From Obrimoposthia wandeli (lineage: Eukaryota): 64,000 nucleotides of DNA. The stretch spans positions 1-64,000 of the forward strand of contig CDROCS010000206.1 in assembly GCA_977020255.1 (NCBI GenBank). The letters run 5' to 3'. The position numbers and the translations under genes are program-made. A model generated the notes under the pieces. It was not told the DNA's origin, searched no databases, and worked only from the letters and a program-made list of their open reading frames with translations. Below, in pieces: positions 49,807 through 58,950 of this stretch (positions within the stretch are counted from its first letter, which is position 1; each line of letters begins with the position of its first letter).

Positions 49807-50337
49807 ATGTTAACAAATATTAATTATAAAGGAATTTGCTTAGATGATGTATCCAAATTAAAATTTCGAACACGACCAGAACAATACGTTTATAAAGCCA
49901 AAGATTATACAATACTTATTTTTAGAAATAAGAAATGCAGGATTATGGGATGTAAGGTACCTATTAAAAATATTTCTTACCCTTTAAGAATAAATATACT
50001 TGGTATTCAATCAATTACGGTATGTGAAAATTTAGATCAAAGTATCAATCTATTTAAATTATGGAATGTGTTACGTAATACATGTTCATTTGACCCTGAG
50101 GTTTTCCCAGGCTTAAGATTAAATATTTTCAATCCATTGTGTGTAAATATTTTAGGTCTTAGAAATTTAGATTTTCAAAATCAAGTTAACGATATCATGA
50201 CATACATTAAAAAAAATTATATAAATACGAAACAATTTCTAATTAAATCATTCAATTTTAAATGTCTTATAAAGCCGTTCAAAAGTATTACGAGTATGAT
50301 ATGTTCTTCTTGGCATCTGCATGGATTCATCCAATGA
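49807..50337 (+). CDS. TATA-box-binding-protein-like (TBP fold) ORF inside Polinton-1
   Basis: TILIFRNKKCRIMGCK vs TBP TALIFSSGKMVCTGAK; IQSITVCENLDQSINLFKL vs IQNMVGSCDVKFPIRLEGL; SFDPEVFPGLRL vs SYEPELFPGLIY. The last strand (LIFxSGKVV) is missing; the tail after ~aa 135 may be read-through. Confidence 0.8.
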   Translation: MLTNINYKGICLDDVSKLKFRTRPEQYVYKAKDYTILIFRNKKCRIMGCKVPIKNISYPLRINILGIQSITVCENLDQSINLFKLWNVLRNTCSFDPEVFPGLRLNIFNPLCVNILGLRNLDFQNQVNDIMTYIKKNYINTKQFLIKSFNFKCLIKPFKSITSMICSSWHLHGFIQ

Positions 50338-50648
50338 CTATGCCAGTGACATTATCGAAAACTTCGTACAATTACCGAGTCTCTGATTTTGACGACAAAG
50401 ACATTCAACAATTCAATGAAGTCGTCAAATATTTGAAAATTGACATTGAACTTGAGAATGAGGGTATATTTATGCGCGGAGATAAGTGCAAATTTTATGA
50501 TTGTTCCGGAACAAAGATTTCGGATATTCAAGAAGATGGAAGAAGTTGGATGCTCGAAATAAAAATTCTCGGATATAAAATAAATAAAAAGAATGAAACA
50601 ACTCTCATCTGGAGGATTCACACAGCGACCGAATATTTTGATGTTTAA
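50262..50648 (+). CDS. Polinton-1 gene X, unknown function (128 aa)
   Basis: PVTLSKTSYNY..SD....DIQQFN and LEIKILGYKI...LIWRI align with the gene X copies at 27560-29295 and 61428-61955. Confidence 0.75.
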   Translation: MSYKAVQKYYEYDMFFLASAWIHPMTMPVTLSKTSYNYRVSDFDDKDIQQFNEVVKYLKIDIELENEGIFMRGDKCKFYDCSGTKISDIQEDGRSWMLEIKILGYKINKKNETTLIWRIHTATEYFDV

Positions 50649-50728
50649 TAAATATTTAATAAAATGTTGTATTGTTATAAACATTTACTTATTCTGATAT
50701 ATTTATTTTATATTAATATTTATATATA

Positions 50729-51358
50729 ATGTTATTAACAAACAATTCGACTTTTCAAGTAGTAGGACCAAGTGGTAGTGGAAAAACTTTATTTGTTTGT
50801 AAATTATTAAATTCAAAAATGTTTAAAAATAAATTTAATAAAATATATTGGCATCAAGTTGGTGACGGAGAAGCCGGTTTAACAAACCAAGAATTTAATA
50901 AAATAAAAAACATTAAGATTATTAACGGTTTTGATGAAAATTGGACGACAAGACTCGTAAAAGGTGATGTAATTGTTATTGATGACTTATATCAAGAGGC
51001 TAACAAAGAATCTGATTTTAATGATTTATTTACAAAAATTGCAAGACATAGAGAAGTTACTGTAATTTTTATAACCCAAAATTTATTTCATCAAGGAGGA
51101 AATCATCGTACTCGTAATCTTAATGTACATTATTTGATTTTATTCAAAAATCCTAGAGATCAAACAGTGATAGATTTTATTGCTCGTCAAGCATTTCCTC
51201 ATAACAAGAGTTATTTAATTGATGCGTTTCATGATGCTACATCTTTACCTCATGGTTATTTATTTTTAAATTTTACTCAATCATGTCCTGATGATTTAAG
51301 AATTGTTACTGATATATTTAACCGTAATGGTATTACAGTCTATAAACAAAATAAATAA
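50729..51358 (+). CDS. A32/FtsK-like genome packaging ATPase
   Basis: Walker A VVGPSGSGKT, Walker B IVIDD, then ARH..V..IFITQNLF and RTRNLNVHYLILFKNPRD; intact 209 aa. Confidence 0.95.
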   Translation: MLLTNNSTFQVVGPSGSGKTLFVCKLLNSKMFKNKFNKIYWHQVGDGEAGLTNQEFNKIKNIKIINGFDENWTTRLVKGDVIVIDDLYQEANKESDFNDLFTKIARHREVTVIFITQNLFHQGGNHRTRNLNVHYLILFKNPRDQTVIDFIARQAFPHNKSYLIDAFHDATSLPHGYLFLNFTQSCPDDLRIVTDIFNRNGITVYKQNK

Positions 51359-51378
51359 TAATAATGTTTTAAAATAAA

Positions 51379-51789
51379 ATGAATTTTAAAAAGAGTATTC
51401 TTAAACATAGTAAAAGGACAGATAAAGATGAAGTTAAAAAATTAATAAACACTGTATTATATGATCGTAATAATATTGAATTTAAAAAAAGTTTACCTTA
51501 TTTTAAAACCTTAATTGACGTATCAAAAACGAATAAAATGAAAATGTTGAAATCATTTCCAATTTATGTAGTTGATGATTTAATAAAAATTTTAAATAAA
51601 ATAATTTATGGTAAAATTAAACCTGATCCTAATATTTTAAAATATAAAAATTCATTAATAAATTTAGCAAATTCACGTGGTAAAATTAATAAAAGAAACA
51701 TTATTTACAATCAAAATGGCGGATTCCTATTGGCCATACTGCCCGCTATAGCATCAGTAATAGCTGGTCTTATAACTTCAAGAAGTTAG
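51379..51789 (+). CDS. Conserved small Polinton protein with a C-terminal Q-x-GG-F-L amphipathic helix (PW-type)
   Basis: Basic 136-aa ORF ending NQNGGFLLAILPAIASVIAGLIT, next to the ATPase; the xGG motif resembles adenain cleavage sites (inference). Confidence 0.7.
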   Translation: MNFKKSILKHSKRTDKDEVKKLINTVLYDRNNIEFKKSLPYFKTLIDVSKTNKMKMLKSFPIYVVDDLIKILNKIIYGKIKPDPNILKYKNSLINLANSRGKINKRNIIYNQNGGFLLAILPAIASVIAGLITSRS

Positions 51790-51815
51790 AAGTTTAAAAA
51801 AAAAAAATTATAAAA

Positions 51816-52131
51816 TTATATAAGAGTCTTACAAAGTAACATTAATAAGAAACTTACATTAAATGTTGAAGTAGATTCTCCCGATGTACCAGGAATCATT
51901 GTTGTTGATGCTGATGTAGGAATCATTACCGCGGCTGCTAGTCTAAAAACAATATTAAAATTAATTTTAAAAAGAAAAAAAAAATTACTTTTTATGTTTC
52001 TTACTCTGCATATGAGCATCCATTGAATATTTATTATTCATTGGTCCTGTTTGACATATTTGGCAATTAAATATAAATATAAATCATAATTAAAAAATAT
52101 ATATATATATATAATAAACTCACGTATTCAT
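51816..52131 (-). CDS. Spliced micro-gene encoding a U1/matrin-type C2H2 zinc finger
   Basis: Exons 52131-52124 (ATGAATAC|gtgagt), 52066-51989, 51942-51858 and 51827-51816 splice in frame to MNTCQICQTGPMNNKYSMDAHMQSKKHKKLAAAVMIPTSASTTMIPGTSGESTSTFNTLI*. Introns are 57, 46 and 30 nt; the intron 1 acceptor reads AA instead of AG. Confidence 0.65.
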
Positions 52132-52429
52132 TTTGAGTCTTGATTTATTTAAATTAAAGAAAAATAACAAAATAGTAAATTATATATCCTATTATGTAAT
52201 TTCAATTATTGATAATAATATAATTATCTCAATTGTTACAATTGAATTGTGCCTATTTAATTATGATAGTTGCCTTAATAACGAAAATTATAATAATATT
52301 AAATAATTACATTCTTTCGTTTTATACAAACATATAAACAGATTAAAATATATTTAACTTTTATAATAATGGGGATAAACAATACAAAGTTGTCTAACAT
52401 ATTTATAATTTTTAATTCTTCATGCTGCA

Positions 52430-53454
52430 ATGGAAAAGATTTGGAACAATCCAGAAGATCCAGAGGGTATACAGGGTTAGAAAAATTGACAAAAAGAGTC
52501 AAACAATCAAAAACAAACACACAAAAATGGTTAAGAAATGAATTATCATATAGTTTGAATAAACCTTTAAGACGTAAATTTCCTACTAGATCATATAAAA
52601 CTAATGGTATTAATTCCTTATGACAGATGGATTTAATGGAAATGATACCTTATTCTTCAGTAAATAACGGATTCAAGTATATTTTAACTTGTATTGATGT
52701 ATTTAGTCGTTTTGCAAGGGCAGTTGGTATTAAATCAAAATCGGGTATTGATTTATTACATGCAATAGAATCTTTAATTGTTGATGATGTACCAGTAAAT
52801 ATCCAAACCGATGAAGGTAAAGAATTTTTTAATTCACATGTTAAGAAATTATTTAAAACTGAAAATATCAATCATTATTCAGTATATTCTCAATATAAAG
52901 CTGCAGTAGTTGAAAGATTTAATAGAACGTTAAGAGAACGGTTAAAGAAATATTTTACTAAACAAGGTAATAAGAAATGGGTGAATGTATTACCAAAAAT
53001 TATTTATGCTTATAATAATTCTAAACATAGAGGTTTAGATGGTTTAAAACCTGTAGATGTAAATAATAAAAATGAATTTGATATTTTGTTGAAACAAAAT
53101 CCAAAAGAAAAGAAAGTTAAATCTAAATATAAAATTGATGATTATGTTCGAATATCAAAAATAAGTACAAGTCCATTTATTAAAAATTTTAATCAAAATT
53201 GGAGTGATGAGGTTTTTCAAATTCATGATATTAATTATAAACAAAATCCAATAATGTATATTTTAAAAGATATTGATAACGTCATCATCAAAGGAAAATT
53301 TTATAAACAAGAGTTACAATTAATTGATAAACCTAAACTATATCGAATACAAGAAATTTTAGAAACTAAAGGTCGTGGTAAGAATAAACAATATTACGTA
53401 AACTGGCACGGATACTCTGAACCTTCTTGGATATTTGCTTCTCAAATTGAATAA
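52430..53454 (+). CDS. Retroviral-like (DDE) integrase with a C-terminal chromodomain-like tail; one frameshift (~52460) and one TGA (52621-52623)
   Basis: MEKIWNNPEDP(fs)GYTG..., L*QMDL (normally LWQxDL), LTCIDVFSR, QTDEGKEF, VVERFNRTL and YYVNWHGYSEPSWI. Confidence 0.95.
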
Positions 53455-54467
53455 TGTCAAAATATATTATTTTACCTAGTAATAGTTGTCCAAGTACTCA
53501 ACCTAACAATACAGCCAATCAATTTACTGTAGATTGGGAAAACTCTCTAAATTTAGATGGTGAATGGGAGGTTGCCTTGACTGAATTTGTATTTAATTAT
53601 ACTCCTTTAACAATACAAACTAATTCAAAAATACTTTATAAAACAGAAAAGATAGAAATGAAAACTTTCGATGTATCTTTTGCAATTTTAAATGGATTAA
53701 TTTTTAATAATTTAAATAATGTTTTCAATTTCAAAATTACAAAGAATCAAAAATTAGAAATAAGTACAATTAACAGTATTCATCGAATGTTGTTAAAATT
53801 CGAATCTTTAGAAAAATCAAAAATTATAGGTTTTAATGAAATACAAAAAATTTCTAGTCATGTTATAACAAGTGATGAAATTGTTGACATAAATAAAAAT
53901 ATTCATGCTAAAATGAGAATTACAATTTATTCTTTAGCTGAATATGAATACGAAATAAAATTTAATCAAAATTATTTGATACAAGATAGTTCTTCATTAT
54001 GTAATATTATAGCCAGTAAATGTAATGCGATTTTTAAAAGCTGTAATATAGATTCAAACGGATTATTTGATATTTTAATAAAGAAAAATGTAAAATCAGT
54101 TTTATTTGACGAAAAACTTGCATCTTTATTAGGTTTAAATAATGTTTTCTTTGAGAAACGAATTAAAGGTTTTCAAGAACCAACACTTTCTAGCTCATAT
54201 AATCAAATGTATATTTATACTAGTTTAACAGATTCTGTCTTAGTAGGATCTGATTATGTTCCACTGTTAAAGTCTATTTGGTTAAAATCATTAAAATATC
54301 GATATGGAGATGTAGTAAATGTTAAAATTGATAATCCAATGTACTTGAAAATGAGAGATTCAAGTATTAATAGAATCGAGGTAAATATACGTGATGATTC
54401 TGGTAATTTAATTCCATTTTCATATGGAGCAAAAACTAGTTTAACTCTTCATTTACGTAAAGTATAA
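53454..54467 (+). CDS. Minor capsid (penton-like, single jelly-roll) protein
   Basis: ILPSNS..QPNNTANQFTV..ENSLNLDGEWEVALTE at the N-terminus and MYIYTSL..PLLKSI..IEVNIRDDSG.LIPF at the C-terminus; intact 337 aa. Confidence 0.9.
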   Translation: MSKYIILPSNSCPSTQPNNTANQFTVDWENSLNLDGEWEVALTEFVFNYTPLTIQTNSKILYKTEKIEMKTFDVSFAILNGLIFNNLNNVFNFKITKNQKLEISTINSIHRMLLKFESLEKSKIIGFNEIQKISSHVITSDEIVDINKNIHAKMRITIYSLAEYEYEIKFNQNYLIQDSSSLCNIIASKCNAIFKSCNIDSNGLFDILIKKNVKSVLFDEKLASLLGLNNVFFEKRIKGFQEPTLSSSYNQMYIYTSLTDSVLVGSDYVPLLKSIWLKSLKYRYGDVVNVKIDNPMYLKMRDSSINRIEVNIRDDSGNLIPFSYGAKTSLTLHLRKV

Positions 54468-54504
54468 ACAATATAAATATATTTAAAATATAAAAATATA
54501 AAAA

Positions 54505-54905
54505 ATGAATACATCAATTATAAAATTTTATAGCAAAAGTCAACAGGGCGGTGAATTTCCCTATTTCATTGGTAAGCAATATGGATCTGGTTGGTTTCAA
54601 ACTATTTCTAGATTAGCTATTCCATTTATTAAAAAAGCTGGTTTATCAGCAGCTACAAGTGCTGCCAATGCAATTGGCGAAACGGTAGGAACTGCGTTAA
54701 CAAATCCAAAAACTTAATTTCATCTCTCAAAGAAAATACAATCAAAGAAGTCAAAACTTTGATTCCAAAATTAAAAAATAATGCTGTTGAGAGTTTAAAT
54801 AAAGTCGCAAATTGTGTTGAACAAAATGGAAAGGGTCTTAAACGTAAAAGAAATCATTTAAATAGTATAAACAAACGTCTTAAAGGTACTATTTTCCAAA
54901 AATGA
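54505..54905 (+). CDS. PZ-like conserved protein, one frameshift at ~54715
   Basis: QQGGEFPYFIGKQYGSGWFQTISRLAIP; the shifted frame continues to a TGA overlapping the capsid ATG. Confidence 0.8.
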
Positions 54906-56121
54906 CTAGTATAAAATCTGAATTGTGTATTTTCGATAGACCACTACCTCAAGTAGTGATTGAAAATTCAAGTTTTGAAGAAATATTTCCAATCAATTCA
55001 ATTACTGGTGGAAATTTAAATGACATAGAATTTAATATTCATGCATCTGAAGAAGATTATCTGGATTTGAATGATACTTTGTTAAATATTAAATTAAAAG
55101 TTGTAAATGAAGATGGTACTGATTTAATGAAAGATAACGATGTAACTCCAGAGAATTACATGTTTCAAACTTTGTTTAGAGATGTTATTCCAACACTTAA
55201 TAATGTAAAGGTTGAAGGAGGAAATGGAACGTATACTCATAAGGCTATATTCGATACTCTTTTGAATTTTAGTAGTGATACCAAGTATACTAACCTTGAA
55301 TGTTCCGGGTATGATGATGATGCAAAAAAACGTAAACAATGGATTAGTGAATCTAAAATATTTTCATTGTGTAATTCAATTAGATTAGATTTCTTTGATC
55401 AACCAAAATATTTGATTCCAGGGATTAATGTTCATTTGAGATTTATGAGAAATCAGCATAATCTTTCGCTCTATTCAGAAACTTCAAAACCAATTATTCA
55501 AATTCTAGATGCTAGATTGTATGTTAGAAGAGTAAAAGTTGATTCTTCAGTAATGATTGGACATCAGTTAGGTTTGTGAAGTCAGAATGCAGTTTACCCA
55601 ATTAGAAAAACTCAGTTAGTAACATATTCAATTCCTCAGGGTTCTTTGGAACTTAATAAAGATCAAATATTCGGAGACTATCGTTTACCCAAGTTCATTT
55701 TGATTGCTTTCAAAGATACACCTCAGGGTGGTAAGGAATACAAAGTTAAATCTTCTACGTTCAATACATTTAATGTTTCAACAATATCATTAGCTAGAAA
55801 TACAGATTATCGAGAAACTTATAATTTAGATAATAACAATTTTTCATTAGCATATATGCAGTCAATTATTCGAAATATGAATATTTTAGATAAAAACTTG
55901 AATAATGGTATCAGATTTTCTGATTTTAAATCAGGAAGTTCGATTTTCACTTTTATATTAGCACCAGATTTTGATATAAACACTACTCAAGTGCCTAAAA
56001 CTGGTAATTTAAGACTTGAAATTAGATTTAATTCTCCTTTGGTTGTTCCAACAATGTTTGGATTTACGGAATATTTGATTCCGAAATTCAGATTACGAAA
56101 AATAAAACTGTGATTGTATGA
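54902..56121 (+). CDS. Major capsid protein (double jelly-roll); one TGA (55577-55579) and one -1 frameshift (~56053)
   Basis: KSELCIFDRPLPQ, IRLDFFDQPKYLIPG, QNAVYP, LPKFILI, GNLRLEIRF, and restored end VWIYGIFDSEIQITKNKTVIV*. Confidence 0.95.
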
Positions 56122-56194
56122 AGTAAGCTTATTGTATATTATATTCTTTATTTAAATTAGTACTTTAGAAATTTATAAATCCGGAAAAATATTT

Positions 56195-56494
56195 TTGAAT
56201 AACAAATTTAATGGAGTATATTCATTGGATAAAATTCCATCATTAAAACCCGGAGGCTACATTATCAATACTCATACTTCAAATTTACCAGGCGAACATT
56301 GGATAGCAATATTTGTTGACAGATTCGAGATTCGAGTGTTTGATCCTTTTGGATTCTATTGTCCTTCAAAGTTGGTGTCTACACTTGAAAAAGAAAACAT
56401 TCCACTCTACTATAATCGAGTTAAATGTCAGAATCCATTAACTAAAAACTGCGGACCTCTGAGTCTTTTATGGTTGAAACTTCAACACAAATAA
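56195..56494 (+). CDS. Adenain-like cysteine protease
   Basis: INTHTSNLPGEHWIA, VFDP, CQNPLTKNCG; the start codon is uncertain (TTG in the track). Confidence 0.92.
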   Translation: MNNKFNGVYSLDKIPSLKPGGYIINTHTSNLPGEHWIAIFVDRFEIRVFDPFGFYCPSKLVSTLEKENIPLYYNRVKCQNPLTKNCGPLSLLWLKLQHK

Positions 56495-56545
56495 TTTTAA
56501 GTATAAACAAATATATCAATATAGTATTTCATTTTATTTTTTCAA

Positions 56546-56998
56546 ATGGCTTTTATTGATTTAGAATGTTTTATTGATAATAATGGAGAATATATTCCAA
56601 AGGAATTATGTATAATGTATGTGAATGATATGACTTGTCCATTTCATTACGTGTTTAAAAATCAAATACCATGGAGTAGTTTATCATTTACAGTTAAAAG
56701 AAAAAATCTATATTTGATAAATCATCATCATCAGTTATCCTGGTTTGAAGGTGAAAGCTCTGATATTCATATTGATGATGTTGAAACAATATTCTATGTT
56801 ATGGATTCTATTGATGGAAAGAAAATTAATTTAGTGAAACGAATGTTTCCAAATTTGAGAATTGTGAATTATAATAAAAGTTTCAAAAATTTAAAGAAAA
56901 TGCCAAAAAATATTCGATGTCCGTTTAGAAAACACGGAAAACATTCGGCTTATTTGAAATGTTTTTCTCTATGTATTGATTATGTAAATTGTATATAA
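56546..56998 (+). CDS. Conserved Polinton accessory ORF with a DEDD-exonuclease-like N-terminal D-x-E motif
   Basis: MAFIDLECF..PKELC and C-terminal CPFRKH..YLKC; homologue MAFIDFEYF..IKDLC/CPFREH..YLKC at 38237-38621. The nuclease assignment is inference. Confidence 0.6.
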   Translation: MAFIDLECFIDNNGEYIPKELCIMYVNDMTCPFHYVFKNQIPWSSLSFTVKRKNLYLINHHHQLSWFEGESSDIHIDDVETIFYVMDSIDGKKINLVKRMFPNLRIVNYNKSFKNLKKMPKNIRCPFRKHGKHSAYLKCFSLCIDYVNCI

Positions 56999-57064
56999 AT
57001 ATATTTATTAAGGATATTTTATTTTAATATATAATTTATGTTATTTAAATAAATTTTACCATAT

Positions 57065-57545
57065 TTCTTTAGATGCATAAGCCTAGGAAAAAAAAACTTT
57101 GATCTAAATTTTCACATAGAATAGTGTGTGTGTATGATTACGTAATACATTCCTTAACTGATAAGAGTGAACTTAAGCTTAAATTTTCACATAGAATAGT
57201 GTGTGTGTTATTAAAAACCACATTCCTTAACTGATAAGAAGGAACTTTAGCCTAAATTTTCACATAGAATAGTGTGTGTATGATTACGTCATACATTCCT
57301 TAACTGATAAGAGTGAACTTTCACATATAATAATTGTTTGAATACTATATAATTTCTTAATTTATGCCAAATCTGACCCTTAACTTGTGGACGACCATAA
57401 AATTTTTACATGAATAAACTCGTAATATGTTGACGAATACAACCATGTACTTGAAACTATGAAATTCCAACTTTTTTTAACCCTTCATCTATGGACGACC
57501 ATACCTATATGGATGAATTTGACTTCTAAAGATGATTACAACCAT
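57065..57545. repeat. Right TIR of Polinton-1, inner part
   Basis: Reverse complement of ~45633-45969 with extra ~79-bp units; ends at TSD AACCAT (57540-57545). Confidence 0.95.
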
Positions 57546-57879
57546 AGTAGTGGGATGTGAGGTCTCAAGCACAAAGTAGGTCAAGGTCAACCCCCCCCCT
57601 GCTGAAGTGATTTTTTTTTATGTGAGGTCTCAAGCACAAAGTAGGTCAAGGTCAAACCCCCCTGTTTTGTTTTACTGAAGTGATTTTTGAATTTTTGTTT
57701 TACTGAAGTTATTTTTTGAAATTTGAATTTTTGTTTTACTAAACTGATTTTTGAAATTTGAATTTTTGATTATTTTTTTTTTAAAAACTTGTGTTTTTAA
57801 AATAATTTGTAGGTTATTATTTCTCATGTGAATTTTATAATATTCATATAGGTCAACAAATTATTTAATATTTATTTTC

Positions 57880-58040
57880 GAAAAAGTTTAAACTTTATTT
57901 TTCAAAAAGTTGTAATTTTATTTTTCGAAAAGTTGTAATTTCATTTTTCAAAAAGTTGTAATTTCATTTTTCGAAAAGTTGTAATTTCATTTTTCGAAAA
58001 GTTGTAATTTCATTTTTCGAAAAGTTGAATTTTTCAAAAA
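57880..58040. repeat. ~19-bp tandem array (tttttcgaaaagttgtaat-like) in the nested element
   Basis: About 7-8 near-identical consecutive units. Confidence 0.9.
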
Positions 58041-58799
58041 GTTGATATTGAAATTAATTTTTCATGTTTGAAGGTGCAAGTTTGCTTTACATTATTTGAA
58101 AAAAGTATAGTAAGTGGATGTACATCCTATTTAACTCCAATAAGTTATATAAGTTAAATAATAGATATTGTTTGTATTTTCTGGAGTTTAAACTCACGGA
58201 GTTTACGAACTCCCGGAAGACTAACCTTCCGTTGATCGCATACACTTGATAACAAGGAAGATCGTATTTCACTCTCCAGCATGACTAAATGCCGAGGAAG
58301 CCAAGGAAAAATAAACAATATCTTATATATTACTTGAATAACTTACTGAAGTCTACATTGTAAATATAACTGAACCCTCTTAATTCTAATCCTAAAATAA
58401 TATATGTATGGAATGTAGGATGGGAAAAGGGATGTGAGGGTAAATCAAAAAGAAAATAGAGAACCAGAGATTAACAGAGAACCAGCCCTCTTAGGGGTTA
58501 TCACATATGGGGCCCCTTGAAAAAATAATAGATAGGGAAATAGGGAATGCTGATCTATCTCCTGAAGATCTATCTCCCGATGAAATCAGTCCCGATGAAT
58601 TCACTCTCGATGAAGTCACTTCTGATGACGCTGCCAGGAAATGATAATTATTCCCAAGAAGTCACTCCTTTGTAAAAAATATACTCCCCTAACCCAATAA
58701 TTGATCCCAAAAAATCGATCCTTTGAGAGAAATATGCGTCCCTGACCCCAATTTCCCAATAATTGTTGAGTATGAACACACTAAAGATGATAAAGTTAC

Positions 58800-58950
58800 T
58801 CCCAATAAATGTTAATTATTCCCAATGAATGTTAATTATTCCCAATAAATGTTAATTATTCCCAAGAAATGATAATTATTCCCAATAAATGTTAATTGTT
58901 CCCAAAAAGTAATAAGTGTTCCCAATAAATGTTAATTATTCCCAAGAAGG
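58800..58950. repeat. 20-bp tandem array (cccaataaatgttaattatt) in the nested element
   Basis: About 7 consecutive units at 20-bp spacing from 58801. Confidence 0.9.

Noticed and set aside
47318-55339. Track ORFs antisense to Polinton genes (47318, 47609, 50352, 52650, 55124), and 28040 and 28195 antisense to the hAT
   Set aside because: Shadow frames of well-supported genes on the other strand, with no motifs.
46870-55579. Alternative genetic code (UGA = Trp) to explain in-frame stops
   Set aside because: TGA replaces Trp in the integrase, but pPolB is broken by TAA, the DUF659 fossil has TAG for Trp, Trp is normally TGG, and TGA ends genes (31513, 56121). Ordinary nonsense changes fit better.
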